DNA of 64,000 nt from Phoronis australis (taxonomy: Eukaryota; Animalia; Phoronida). The stretch lies in NCBI GenBank assembly GCA_002633005.1, contig NMRA01000074.1, positions 62,001-126,000 on the forward strand, given 5' to 3'. Of the stretch, positions 25,531 to 39,291 are shown piece after piece. A model generated the notes under the pieces. That model did not search any database. It was given only the letters and a program-made list of their open reading frames with translations, and was not told where the DNA came from. The position numbers and the translations under genes were made by a program. The stretch's first letter is position 1. Each line of letters starts with the position of its first letter.

Positions 25531-27719
25531 CATAAATATACAATGAAATCCATTTCAGAATTAACTTAACACTGCAAGTACGTGTATTGATGTTCCACTT
25601 GATACTCTGTATCCTCTGTATCTCGAGAACATCATGATAAAATGATAATCTATATATCTACATATCACATTGCTTATTTCGTGATTCTGTCCGCCTGTCT
25701 TCTTGTCCGTAGGCCTACAAGTATGTGTCCACTTCGTTGTCCTCAAATGCAAATTCTTGTTTGCTGGGATTTGATTTTCTTTTTGTTTTCTTCTCTGGCT
25801 CAGGCCGCTCATTTCCCCTGTAATTATAGGAAATAGAAACATGTATCGCCCCAAGGGGCAGTCACAAGAAACCTTGATACTTCTGGTCTTTAACAAAATT
25901 TGACGTGAATGATTATTTGTAAGGAGTTTCACTTTATTAAGGTGCCAAAAATGTGTAGCCAAAACCATTTCTTCGGGATTATAAAAGTAATGTAAAGAAT
26001 TCTTAACACGCGTTGCAAAATACGAAAAAATGCGTACAAAGAAATCGGTAAAATTCCCAACCAGAGATACCTGCCACTGTTATTCTTGTGTAATATCAGT
26101 GTACCGGCATAGCAACAGTACTGGTAGATAGAACGTTGTCGCGTGAAATTCTTTTGGTTATTGTCGTCTCTTTTCCGTGAGCGAAAATGAGGTCAGAGGA
26201 TTACCCTCTGACACAGCGCCACCTATCCTTTCGTTTAGCACTGTGATAGAGTGTAGTCAGAGGATATGATATTAGATATGGACATGCCCCTTCCCCCTAT
26301 ATAAGATGACGTCAATTTTACACGTCCCTCTACTTTAGTTCGCGGAATCGTTCTCAGTACTCTGATATTAAATGTACAGCGAAAAGGTTCAAAATAGCCA
26401 ACACTGCAACAAACAATCAACCAGGTTATTTGGTTCAGTTTTGGTAAAGAGACAGGTTATTTAGCGAACTAACAAGTTAGTTGCACTAAAAAGACAGGTT
26501 ACTTGTAGAACGAACATGTCAGTTCTGACAAACAAACAGGTGAGTCGTCGAATGAACATGTTGGTACTGCCAAACAGACGAAGTAGTCGGACAGGACAGA
26601 GGGCGCTGTAGCAACTCCAGAAATGGTTGATGTCACCTCAGATATATAAACGTCTATCTGAGATGTCACGAAGTCACCGAATACAATGAGACACGTAATG
26701 AGCACAAAAAATCCACAAAGTTCTTTTTGGTGGTCTGCAGTGAAGAATTTCCTTCATAGGACTGTTCTTAATTTGTCATAGACCCTAATATTAAAATAAA
26801 CTTATGTAATCATGATGCGTTTGCTTGTTGAAATCAAGCTGCTGATTAAATGCAAATAGTAGAACTGTTGACGACCACGTAAGCAAACACACCGTAAAAG
26901 ATTGGTTCGACCACCCCGCCAATTAATTGTCATTCCACAATTTGAAGCTAAATATTATGAAATGTAATCATGACTGACCCTGTCTGTTACTTTCCGATTG
27001 CATATGTTACTGGGTTATCCTCCCGACGAAATTTTAAGTTTAAGGGATGTTGTATTCGGTGTAATATTGCAAAGTTAGTTTTGCATATATACAGCATTTT
27101 TATGTTTCAAATTTTGAAAAAAACGTATTATGTCACTTTCTTCAATCATGTTTGTTAAAATACCTCTGGAAATGAAATAGCCCGGAAGCCTCGGAATTAT
27201 TTTGAGTTACTTTTACTTAGTATGTACAACCATTTTCCCTCTTTGCGTCAATAATACTCTTCATTACATACAAGTAGGCCTATTGAGGGTCAATGTTGTC
27301 AAAACTGCAGCAATCAGATTCATTACTTTGGCATCAAACCCGCTAAGCAATTACGTGATTTTGTTTAACATAAAATTATAATATAGCAAGTCTTACGTCA
27401 CATAGTTTTCAGCACCCTGTATGATTAATTGCCAGCAGTTGACAGGGATTCTCGGAATGGATGTTATATTTCAATTACAATTTCCTGACAGAACCGCCAT
27501 ACACAGTTAGAAAACAGTGGCATTATAGGAAGGGGCGCAGAAACCGCTCATGAAAATTTCTGTTACTGATTTGCCGCGTACTATAAAACACTCCGTCATT
27601 TTGCTAAGCAACACTTGTCTATGTAATTTTACGAGGAAAGTTAGAGCTCTCTTGCACTTCAATTTCACTTGCGTCAAGCAGGAGCTTCAAAATGTCCAGT
27701 CGCGCAAAGCCTCATCAGA

Positions 27720-28695
27720 CAAAGGCGGATCTAGGATATCACAAGGGGGCCCAACATTTTGTCTGTAAACATTTGCACAAAGCACGATTGTAGATGCGCA
27801 TAGCACCGAGTGGGGGGAGGTCGGGGCAAACCCCCCTCCCGCCAGGAAAATTATTCTGTTTTTTCCTCTAAAAATCAAGCATTTTCCTTGATTCCTGAAG
27901 TATTATCCAAGGAAAAAAAACACGAAGTACGTGTCAAACTTGAAAAACTGCAATAACCACAGACTCGAACTCACGACCAGGCGGATAGCGCGCGCGTGCT
28001 TTATCACTGCACCACCACGATTTCACTCGTGATTTGATTCTAGGAGCCTTTCTTGTTTATGGTCCACAGCGTTTGCGCGCGAAACCTACTTCTTTTTGTA
28101 ATGTTTATTACACGTTTTATATTTTGTGCAATCAGTTCTTAACAGATTTGTTGTATTTAAAATAGTCTTCAATTGCCCAAAAGACCAAATCCGTTTTTTG
28201 TGTTAATGACGCGATTGCTCTGGAAATCGTCTTAAGTTAAGGTTTGGCAAAGAGAGAATTGTGAGTTTCTGAGTGATTCACTAAGGCCTCGATTAAAATT
28301 CACATCTTACCAGCAGCTTCTGTTTTTTCATCGTCACTCAGATTCCATTTTCTTTAAAAAATGAAGTAATTTTCTTCATTGTACAGTGAAGCAGACGACG
28401 GAAACGAAGACGTAGTGCGCAGCGCCACTGCCGGTCGTCGTGGATATCGCGGAGAGCCTATACGTAGCAATAGTTCCGTTACGATTGCGCCGTGTTCCGA
28501 AATTGACACTTGAAATTGGATCTGAGCCACCCAAATACACTAAAACTGCACACATTTAAATCTTGTTGCAGCCGTATAATGTTAATTACCGGGATGATTT
28601 AATAAACTCCACATTTCCTTACGTTCTTGCTGTTTTATTTTTTTGCGGCAGCCAAGGGGGGGGGTTGGGGCCCTGACTCCCTAAATCCGCCTATG
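27720..28695. mobile_element. Non-autonomous DNA transposon
   Basis: TIRs CAAAGGCGGATCTAGG / CCTAAATCCGCCTATG. Confidence 0.7.
27943..28018 (-). other. tRNA-derived Pol III promoter-like segment (SINE head or pseudo-tRNA)
   Basis: A box TGGTGCAGTGA, B box GTTCGAGTC about 33 nt downstream, then a T-run; no convincing cloverleaf. Confidence 0.45.
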
Positions 28696-29575
28696 CCGCC
28701 TATGTCAGGGTTCTTGTCGCATCTCAAGATAAAAATACCATATAATGCAGGTTCGGGGATCAGTCAGTCATTGAGACTCCGTGACTCGTTTTCAAGTAGC
28801 GCTTTCTGTTCGTTGGCAGTGCTTGTCTTGTTCTTTGCAAGGGACTCCTCTGTTCGACGTTGTTTGGAATTTGATCCTCCCAGGTTACTTGTCTGTTTGA
28901 TAACCTAGTTAATCACTTGCCAACTTACTTGTGTGTTCAACAGAAGGTACTTATTTATCCAACAAAATCTGTATACCGGTACTTGTCTTGTCTGTTTGGA
29001 AAACTATAACATTACTCAATTGTTTATTTGACGAATGACTGGTCTGTTTAGCAAACTACTTGTCTATTTGTCAAACCACTTGTTTATTTGGAAGTGTTGT
29101 CTATTTTAAACCTTTTCGGAGATTAGTAATACACTGTACTTACTCGGGCTCACACCAGCCTTCAAAAGAATACAACTACAATTACAACTACAAAATTACA
29201 GATGTCGTTAAGGCAACAGGTTTTCCACCTATGGAAAGGTATCTTTTTGGACATGTATTACTGTCTTGAGTCACTGGGATTCACCATACCACTCACCTCT
29301 AGACCACTAGGTATTATAGGAAGCCATTCACTTCCTCATCGGACATGTACCAGTTCACAGAATTACAGAAACACCCTGTTTCTACCAGGGCTTATCTGTG
29401 AGGATAAAGAGGGTGACATGGAAAAGTAGAACAAAAATTGTTTTCATTTTCATGTTGTCCAGTGTGTATGCATGTATGTATGCATGCACACACATACATG
29501 CATGCATAGGCATAAGCAGTTTTTTCGTGGTCAGCTGAATCGTTTTGATGTTTGAAAATACAAATTAGAGGATAC

Positions 29576-29727
29576 CAGCTGGAGTTCTCACAGTCTTCAA
29601 TCGTTTCTGGCATTTTCCTTCCTTTTGTCTCGGGAAGGTAGATGGTCAGCAGCGTTCCAAAGATGGCCAGCGATCCAAATATAACTTGTGGAAGAGCCAC
29701 GGCCATATCTCCCGTTAAGTATTGATT
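29576..29727 (-). CDS. SLC22 exon (152 nt), last TM helix
   Basis: NQYLTGDMAVALPQVIFGSLAIFGTLLTIYLPETKGRKMPETIEDCENSS; the 3' boundary is inferred from a GTATCC donor. Confidence 0.85.
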
Positions 29728-32700
29728 CTAAAGAGAAAGGTTATGAGACACAAATTAGCAAAAAAAAAAACAAAACAAAAACTGCGATGACAAACAGTAG
29801 CCCAATACCAATGTTGGTTTACCTAGTAATTCCAAGAACAGTAGAAAGATACAAAGTACTGTCATTCATACGCGATCGTGGGGCTTGTCTCCACTTCGGA
29901 CACGCCCAAAAGGTACCTAAACTACACGGTCAACGGACTCATAAACACGAGAACGGACTCACAAAACACGATCCACGCACCCAAATACACGGGACACGGA
30001 CTCATATTCACGAGGAAAAACGGTTATCGGACCGCCAAACACGGGTCACGGATAAAATGAAGATGTCAGCTGACCCTGGAAGCTGATGAGTCCGTGACCA
30101 GTGTTTGGCGGTCCGTTAATCGTGTTTCCTCGTGAATATGAGTCCGTGTCACGTGTATTTGGGTGCGTGGATCGTGTTTTGTGAGTCCGTTCCCGTGTTT
30201 GTGAGTCAGTGAACGGTGTTTGCAGGTCCGTAAGTCGTGTAGTTTAGGTACCTTGATAATGTTTATCAGCATGCCGTTTTTAGGGTAATAAATTTTTCAG
30301 CAGTTGTGAAGCCGGAGCGTTACGCCAACGTTTTGTCAGATGTCACTTTCACGAAGTAAACTTCTGCATTCGAATTTTTATAATAACTTCTCAATATTGA
30401 TAGTTGCTAACTCATCATGGTGGAGACTATAGTGGGCAACGGGTGATAATGACAATCACCCCACTCATAGAAGAGGGACACGTATAGCGAGCATATCGCT
30501 CACATGGAGTACTTTTTCGTGACAAGCTTCCTTGCGAAAGGTTGCCTGTCACTGGGATTTCCAAACTCCACAAAAGCTTTGTTCTTCCAACAACAAAAGC
30601 TACAGAAGGGTTTTTAATATATAGGTATTTCAAAGTTTTGGTTGAAGAAGATGTACGCATTTTGACGAAGTGGCACCAAGGAGGGCTACACTCCTTGGTG
30701 ACACCTCTTCTTGTACTGTTTCAGGCTTAATGGATCAAGAAAACAGATGACCAAGAATCTCTACAAATGAAAAGGTTTATGGAGTCAACCCTTTCAAAAG
30801 AGTGATGGTTCAGCAACAAAGCTCTATGAAACAGTTACTAACTGTTTTATCAGCTCCATGTCAGTGCAAAAGTTGCTTCGAGTTCACTCGACAATATTTC
30901 ATCTGCACCTCCTTCAGTAACTATCGAGTACCCCCTTTTCGTACAGATTCTTGTGCAACTGAAATGCTATCAATGCCTTCCATTTATTGGAATGGATATT
31001 TTTTAACAGTTGTTAATTTCGCTCTAATTTCTTCCCAAAATCACAATTACGTATTTTAATTTGTAGAGCTTGTTTAAAAACAAGCTCTACAAATCCGTCA
31101 CAACAGCGATTGAAGTTTTGACGTTTTTTAACCACAAGCCTAAACATTTCAATGTGACCTTCTGTCCCCGGTTATCGCTTGATCACATGACGCTGCTAGT
31201 GCACAAAGTCAGTAGTGTTATCGAGAGGCGTTTTCGTAAACACAGAAACAAAACAGTGATTGTTTACATTTCACAAGTTCTCCAATAATCTCAGGTTTTG
31301 ATATTTGGAAATATGAAGTTATGTTCCAAGTCATACGCATGAGATGGGAAACGTGAGACGTGCAGAAAATATGTAAATTAGACGCATTGATGGCATTTAA
31401 GGCCAAAACATTGCAGTCATGTGTTACAAAAAGGCGTACATCACTCGCAAGAGAAGATTTTTCAAAAAAATGAAAGAATTGATTACTCTTCTGCAGATTA
31501 GTGTATTTGGAAAAGAAAGGGCAAGAAGCCCTTCGTCGAGTTTTTCAAAACTCGACGAAAGGCTCCTTGCCCTTAACAGCACCCAAAAGTGAACGCTTTG
31601 TTGGGTAATTTTGACTGAAAATGCACTCTTTTACAAGGAATTTGGTTAGAAAAGATAGCTTTGAAAAAGCCATCTTTCTCCACGGCAGGCCACGTTTGCC
31701 CCTTCTGTGGGAGCACATCAGCGCTGATTGAGTGCCAATTAAAGCACTTATACACCAGGATGTACACGTATACCTGGCTAACTTTTGGACCCGAAAATGT
31801 CATTTGCCGAACGCGTTGGGCTTATGGACAGAAATGGAGGGTAAACTAAATAATTTTAAAGAAAACCTACCAAGTCACCAATAGGTATCGCTACCATAGC
31901 GCCTACGCGAGCAAACACTGAGCTGATGCCGATCAAACTGTTACGAGCCACGGTGGGATACAGCTCAGAGCCCCAAAAATAGACCAGTAAAAATCCGTTT
32001 GCAGATCCAAATTTACCTATTAAGGACATCACTATTAAAGCAGCGTTATTTGCTGAAAAGAAAGAGAAAACAAAACATGATAACCTGATGAAATCCATGG
32101 AAAGGTTCTTTGCAGTTCGAGGTAGCCTACAGCACAAACTGCTATTGAAGACGTCGACTGTTGGATTCAACTACCTGGATAAACATGTCATGAAAATAGC
32201 CTGAAGTAAATCGTCTAATAAGAAACTTGATACACAGATTTCAAAAATCTTTGTTCTTTGTAACATAGCAGTATTTTCGTTATACGAAGTATGGCTGGAG
32301 AGCGTTCAAGTGCAGTGAAACTTCGAATTTCTGTATTATATCTGAACAGAAAACACTTTTAAGTATATCAAAATCAGGAACTCACATTCATAGTATAGTA
32401 CCACAAAAATTGAGCACAAGCATGCTATTCCTCCGAGAAGCATTCCGGAAATGTAGGAAGCTTTTCGGCCTATCCACTGTGTTGACAATGACAAAAGCTT
32501 TGATGGAAACTCGACGAGACCCCCAAGAAGAAAATTCACATATATATCCCCTCCAAAATTGCCACTGTTCAGTGACAGTCCAAAATATACCATACTGACG
32601 ACTAACCTGAAAAAAAGAAAAGATGAATGCCTTGGGTTCCATGAATACAATTAATCATTCAAACACATAGCTCTGCGATAATGAGATGAATGTTTCAGAC

Positions 32701-35700
32701 TACCAAATCTGGATCCCGTTTAATCAAAGAACGCAAGTCTGGCTTTGGCTAAATCAGTCGTATCTTAAACTAGAACAGTCAGTCAACGAGGTTCATAAAT
32801 TTGGATGTTCATCTTGAATGTGAACTTTGATAACATGTACGTCGTTCAACCTTTGATAAAAAGGGCCTCTGATTCAGAAAACAATTACCGTGCTAAAAAT
32901 TTCGACTGAAAATAACTCTTAACCTTTGGTCTTCTTTGCCAGTACTGACAATTACACATGTATTTGCCAATCTGAAGTCGTTTGCTGTTACACGCTAAAT
33001 TTTTGTACTAAAATTGCATTTCCGTTAGTTGTTGCGTAATTCATATTTAATCATGGAATTTTTATGTGGTGACAAGTACTTAAAAGACATTCGCTGCAAA
33101 TCATTTAAGTTACCAATTTTCAAAATAAGAGAATACCAAATTACCAGTTGAAGAACATAATAAGGGATCGAATGCGAAGTTTTCGAGCTCTCAGCAATTC
33201 TCTTGGTAGTTCAAGCATTGTAACTTTCTTCTGTTCCAGTCCACTGTCTCTGTTAGTGTCAAAAAGTGCTGTTGGAAGCGTGACCTTATTGAACTGGAAA
33301 AGAAAATGTTTGTAGAACACGTTAACGTAATCTATAAAGCAATGGCCAGAATGATGATTTCTTGTCATGAACAATTGGAAACTATTTCGCAATTAGAGTG
33401 CATTGTCTTAGGATGCCAAATTTAAAACTAACGTTAGTGAAATTCAGATTACACAGAAATATCTAGTATATTTCTGTTGTCGGAAGCGGCACAGTCCAAA
33501 AACAGATTTTGCGATTATTATGCATTATTAAAATTTGCCCACCTATCACATGACATTTGCCCAAGTGCAATCATCCTCTACCGAAGTACTGACGTATGAT
33601 AAGTACATGGACCTTCCTTTGAACTAAACCTTTACATGTTTCTAACAGACTGGATTTTCATTCAGTATACCTTTTCCGCTTTATGAATAATTTCTTCAGC
33701 TTCTTTTCTTCGCCCTTTTGAAAGTAGCCAACGTGGGGACTCCGGTATCAACCTGAAAATTTGCGATGAATGGTCACATTATTTCTCCACAAACAAGTCC
33801 CATAATTACTCTGGAAAACTACGACGAAGTAATAATTATTCAGCACTAAAATTGTCAACAGGAATGTTTTCTTTTGGGAAGTCCCAGGTTTTCATTTCTA
33901 AATCTATTGCTTTGGTAAAGGAATTTTAGTACCACGATTTTTCAGAGACATGAAATTGTTCCCACTGTCTAAACTGAAATAAGACTGACCCCGTCTTGAG
34001 TCGACTGCATATTACGTATGCTATGCGATATAACGAATACTCACTTTTTGTATTTCCACCTTTAAAATCATTGTGTAATATGAGCTCAGCGTTAGTCGTT
34101 TCTCGGTGACGCTTCCATATTTAGAAAAGTTTGTGTAAAGAAGCGAACCCTTTTCCGAAATTTTGTTGGTAGACAACATTCACACACTACTAGATCCCAC
34201 TAATTGTGTTAAGCCTAAATTTCAGACTGGAAGTAATCAAGTTCGCGATACGGTGAATCATCCCGTTGAAGTAATCAAATTGTTCGAAGGTATTATTGTG
34301 TGCAACTAGGGACGATATATCTCACCATGTTAAAGAACCAAAACAAAATGGTTCAATCTCAGCCAAACAATGTACCAAAATAATGGTTTTAGTGGGATTT
34401 AAATACTCCAGTTTTCTAGTAGCACGTAAATATCTGTAATTTGATTAAAACCTGCAGATTTGGTGTATCATTAAGTTAATGAAGAAGCTAAGAAGCATGT
34501 TGGGCAACAGAGTAAATCATGTGTCTTACCATATGTACAAGATGAACCATAACGGTGTAAGGCTTATAACAAACTGAAGCTTTCTCCAGTCACGGATGAG
34601 AAAGGCCAACCCAGCAAGGGCGCAGTAACCTACGCTGAAGAACAGACCGCGGAAGACGGCGGCGTATAGTCTCACGCGCGGACTCATCACCTCTCCGCCT
34701 TTGATAAAAAGTAAATAAATTCTTGTCATCGTTTTGTCTCCTTCCAATACAGACGAAATTAAATGGCAATGTACTCTGCATGTTACTTTGCATCCCCATA
34801 AAGACACGGCGGGCACAATTGATTAACTTCGCCGGCGCCGCTAGGTCAACCGGCAGACACGATTGGCTCTCGCTGACGTCTTAATGTACATGTAGTTCTG
34901 GCTTAAAGACCAATCAGATGTCTTAGCCGCTTGACCCGGTGGAACCGGCGAAGTGAATATAGTGCCGTTATGGTTTATGGCGGTGTAACTCTCCTTTGTC
35001 CCAGTGATAAGAAAGCGGGTGGCCTAGAGTTTTGGAAATCAGGCACATTTTCGTGCCTCCTTCGTGTCGGGAAGGCGAAGTATTTCAGTTAGCGCATCTA
35101 CGTGTATTTGTCCAGTTCATCAAACTTTTTTACGTCGAAGATGCTGCCCATAGCACAGCAGTAATACATGTACTTCGTTGGCATTGGAAGGACGAATTGA
35201 GTAATGCAACTGATAAAAACTTGTTAAGAATCAGACAACAACAAATAACATGTCAGTGAAACTCCAGTGACACGAAAACGAGGCAGCAGATGTGCCTGAC
35301 AGATGTTTATAGCGTTGTGGGTAAATACCGTGACAGCGAGACACGAGTGTTGCTGTGTAATCCGGGACGGCCCTTTTAAGAGCAGCCAATGTTAACAAAA
35401 ATGAAAGTTATACTTGCCAGATATCAAAACTACAAGAAAGGCAGTTCTCAGTGATTGGAGTTATTCAAAGTGGCTTTAAACAAAGCTTAGGAAATGAAAG
35501 ACGTTTGCCGGATTAAAAAAAATAAATGCTTTTCTTCTCGACAGTGTGCTCAATGGGAAATTGTCATTTGATGCTTTTGCTGGGGAGATACCGTCGCAAA
35601 TCTGAAAAGGTACACCAGGGTGCTCTGGTGGCACGGAAGTGCCTCGTCGCTTGGAGTGCAACGATTACATTACAGCTAGTACAATTGAAATACTGCTAAG

Positions 35701-38700
35701 TAAAGGAAACGCCAACTTACTCACCTAAGGTGTAGTTGCAAATAAACGCTCCCAAAACACATGCGCCTATCAGAAAGCGAAAGGCAACGAATACATAGTA
35801 GTTGGGCGCAAAACTGCAGGAAACTCCTGCCACTAACGTACAGAAGTTGGCTATCAAAAATGAAGTCTTTCGGCCAATCCTGCAACGAAGAAATTCAGTA
35901 CTCCGATATATATTAGTCGAAACGCATATGTGCTACAGCTCGAGTCCAAAAAACATCCCGAGGTTTAAGAGTACGGTTGAAAAGTTGAACAAATGAATTA
36001 TATGCTCCTAACAATTGATGTCTTTGAATAGTGAAGGCAAAATATGACTTTCTTGCACTTATTATTTGAAACTACTAGTTGCTTTGAACGTAATGTTTCA
36101 TAAATCAGTGTTAGTAACTCCGTTTGAATTTGATGAACCGCATCAGGCATGCCAGTGTTCCGTAGACGTGAGAACCTCGTGAAAACGGAGAATCACGAAG
36201 ACTTCCCAAGATATCGTCACGCGTGACAAGCGAAGCATATGGTCATACTGACTTCCTTCATGAAATTCTTCCGTCTACGGCGTACTTTACGTAGTATTCG
36301 CCGACGATTTTGATTCACGATTCTAAGCGTGTAACGAAATTATGATTTAAGTTGGGGGTTTTGATCGGTATGTTGAAATGAAGATTAAAATAGCATCCTA
36401 ATGCTGATTGAAAAGTCCACGTAACTAGTAAACTTGAGAAGTTATTGACATTTTTTGAATAACAAAAACCGGTGAGTGCGCATCTCAGAACAAAGATTTT
36501 TGGGATATGAATGGGCAGTTCAGAATCGAGGCGTCACGTAAGCGATTGTCTGCTTGAAAAGCTGACGATTCATGTATGGAATAGATGTTACATGTTCCAG
36601 TCTATTCGTATCTGTTAAACATTTAACTTTTGGCTTCTTGGAATGATACTAGAATAAAGTGACCGTATGTCCACCTCAACTAGCAGAACTACTTTTATTT
36701 GATTGATATCTCACAATCCTTGCGTACTGTCTAATATATCCAGTTCATAACACGTTTTTAAAGGGCATGGAAAATAGAAACATATCGAAAAATCACTTTA
36801 AAAAATTACAGACAACAAATTCGTTTTCGCAAGCACCTACGAGGGAGTTCTTCACTTCAATCTATGAGGATATTTTTGACAAAAATCACACGTACTACCA
36901 GTTTTGAAATACGCACGAAATAAAAATTATTACTTCCAAAACCAGTTTATGATCCCATTCCCACATGCGATCATACAGCTGACCTATTTCATTCACCTTG
37001 GGGTTAAGACCCGGGGTCATAACGCAGCATTTCTAAATAGGGAGCGCATTGCGTATTAGGTCAAATGCGACGAGGTGACGAGCATTTGACTGTTCGTTTT
37101 TCCACATTATAACGAAAAACAAAGACTCCATAAAGATTACTAATCTTTAGGAAGAAGCCTTAGAACAGCTGCTTTGTGTACTGCAATTAAACTGAATGCC
37201 ATAGAAACACTGAATTTGAGTTGTTAACATGGTCCACCTCACTTTACATCATCTTAACTTCAACTGTGCAAATTTTGCAATATTGTGGATTTGATAATTC
37301 TATAGAAACAGCTTGTCGGGAATTTTTGTGAATACTTGAGGGAATTGATTATGTTATATTATTACGAAGCCTTGGAGTATCTACAATTTGACTACTTTTG
37401 TACAATTCCTGCTACTACTACTATAATGTCTAATATATACACCACGTCAACTTGATGAACTTTGTGACAAAAATGACATTTTATATCAGCTATTATTTTC
37501 ATTTCCACGAACTACGAGTCTAATTTTTGTAGGCTATTTATTTCGTGATATTTAATTCCTACACAGTATTTGTTGTGTTCTCTCAACACTAATCCTTTCA
37601 ACTCTGGAATCTGGAAGCAAATCTTCGTGGAAGAACACACAAAGGTGCAACTACATTGTACATGTAGGCGTTAACAGGTTTGAAAAATGCGGTTCTGTTC
37701 CACACACTTTCTACAGACGTTTAGAAAATAATCAGATCGAAGATTTTAAACTGTAAAACGAGTTTCATTAATCAATATACGTCTGTTACTGAAATCTCCT
37801 TACGAATCGGCGAGGGCTCCGAACACAAGGGATCCAACGACAAAGCCACCCATGAAAAACACCGTCGAAAGAGTTGTCTCCCCCGATTTGCTACACACCA
37901 GATTGAACTGCAAAGATATGGATAATTAGCCCACAACAAATTAAATAAGAGCAAGTACTCTGTGAAATGAAAGATAGTGCTCAAATGTTATGCAGGGTTA
38001 TACAAATATTCCAAATTTGGCAAACTTTAGAAAATCATGTCTCAGATTTGGTTAATCGGATACACATGAAATTTAAGGAAAGCACGTCATGCTCTGGTCA
38101 CCAAATTGCTTAAGGGAATTGTTTTTAAAATGTTCCACTTTTGTATGAGGAGTTATTAGATTAGGATTTCATTTTGAGCATTTACATCAAATAAACTTTA
38201 GGTCATGTTATCAATGCCATTATGAACATATTTTCCTTTTTTGTTAAATTTTAATAAAAAGACATGGCCATGCGACCCAATTAAGGACTTTCTACTTTCA
38301 GAAATATTGTACCTTTACCGAGTTAATATCTATCGTTTTGTTGATATTTGGTTAAATGCCGAGTTCTGGATAACGCTCTATATAACTTTAATTGGCCTGT
38401 AAAGCCCTGCCTACTTGGTCTCATTGTTGTATGCGATACGGTATATAAGACCACGTTGACAGGTGCCAAGACACGGTTTTTGGAATAGTATGTCGATTTA
38501 TCCTGTAGGATAGAGCACGTCCGATTATTCGACAAATCGTTCGACTGAAGAGATCGCCGTTAAATCCCTGAACATGAACTAATTGAATTGGATCACAATA
38601 CTGTTCACTATTAACCCTGAATATTACCATTTAGCAACACGATTCTCCTAAAGCATCGTCAATTCTAATACGCATAGGGCAGGTAAGGTGAAATAATTCC

Positions 38701-39291
38701 ATTTTCATATGCGAAGAGCCACGAAGCATTTTCAGTCTCACATGCATGGAAACATTAGACTACATGTAAACACTTTTGACCTATCACAGACACAACAGGT
38801 CAGAAGTGAGTGGAAACAATAACGAATGACCCCATAAACATTGTTGGTCGCTTACACGCCACATGTTGGCCACATCACGTGACCTGTATCAAGTCTGAAA
38901 AGAATTTTGCTTCGACCGGTACTCGAACCTGTGCTTTTCGTGTAAAATGTACAGGTCACGTGACGTGACCAGCATACATGTATGGCAGGTAAGAGACTAA
39001 CGGTACCTATTTTTCCATATCAATTGATATCCTGACTTTCATATCCTTACTTCTGTGAAAATTGTGGTGGAAAAAACACTGTGATCATAAACCCATCTGT
39101 TACATTCACGGACTTCAGTTGCGTTCCACTGTGAAGCTCCGTCACCAGCCGTTGGTAACCGAAAGTCTTTGAACACGTGGCAAGTCTCGAAGTCCCCCTC
39201 TGCTGTTCGAGGGATGGAGGCGTTCAGGAACAGTTCGTGAGTTTGGTTAAGTATTTCGAAAGTGTCGCCATCATACCCAGGTATTGCGCAT
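29576..39291 (-). CDS. SLC22-family organic cation transporter-like MFS protein (9 exons seen; first exon not located)
   Basis: All phases join. Motifs: C..WVYD, FNLVC, GALADSIGRK, GEVMSPRVR, DWRKLQ, IPESPRWL, IGRK, SELYPTVAR, LPETKG..MPETIED. Confidence 0.95.
29910..30254. mobile_element. Intronic foldback MITE with internal ~20-bp subrepeats
   Basis: Ends AAGGTACCTAAACTACACG / CGTGTAGTTTAGGTACCTT; ~140-bp arms built from ACGGACTCA..AAACACG units. Confidence 0.85.
31517..31573. repeat. Short hairpin (~26-bp stem)
   Basis: AAGGGCAAGAAGCCCTTCGTCGAGTTTT / AAAACTCGACGAAGGCTCCTTGCCCTT. Confidence 0.75.
31871..32052 (-). CDS. SLC22 exon (182 nt)
   Basis: SLIGKFGSANGFLLVYFWGSELYPTVARNSLIGISSVFARVGAMVAIP. 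Confidence 0.92.
32386..32606 (-). CDS. SLC22 exon (221 nt)
   Basis: LVVSMVYFGLSLNSGNFGGDIYVNFLLGGLVEFP...WIGRK. Confidence 0.92.
33145..33293 (-). CDS. SLC22 exon (149 nt)
   Basis: FNKVTLP...LLRARKLRIRSLIMFFNW. Confidence 0.9.
33671..33752 (-). CDS. SLC22 exon (82 nt)
   Basis: LIPESPRWLLSKGREKEAEEIIHKAEK. Confidence 0.92.
34530..34698 (-). CDS. SLC22 exon (169 nt)
   Basis: GEVMSPRVRLYAAVFRGLFFSVGY...RDWRKLQFVISLTPLWFILYIW. Confidence 0.92.
34797..34979. mobile_element. Degenerate hairpin MITE
   Basis: Inverted blocks ACTTCGCCGG / CCGGCGAAGT, GGTCAA / TTGACC, GATTGG / CCAATC. Confidence 0.55.
35725..35879 (-). CDS. SLC22 exon (155 nt)
   Basis: IGRKTSFLIANFCTLVAGVSCSFAPNYYVFVAFRFLIGACVLGAFICNYTL. 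Confidence 0.92.
37804..37907 (-). CDS. SLC22 exon (104 nt)
   Basis: FNLVCGKSGETTLSTVFFMGGFVVGSLVFGALADS; canonical splice sites. Confidence 0.92.
38850..38995. mobile_element. Hairpin MITE with central B-box-like fragment
   Basis: Arms around TCACGTGACCTGTA / TACAGGTCACGTGA; centre holds a minus-strand GGTTCGAGTACC. Confidence 0.6.
39051..39291 (-). CDS. SLC22 exon: extracellular loop
   Basis: ttcag|A...GAA|gtaag; CAIPGYDGDTF...ECNRWVYDHSVFSTTIFTE. Confidence 0.92.

Noticed and set aside
30083-30100. CTGATGAGTCCGTGA, resembling a hammerhead ribozyme core
   Set aside because: Lacks the closing GGAC-GAAA; the sequence is the start of a MITE arm.
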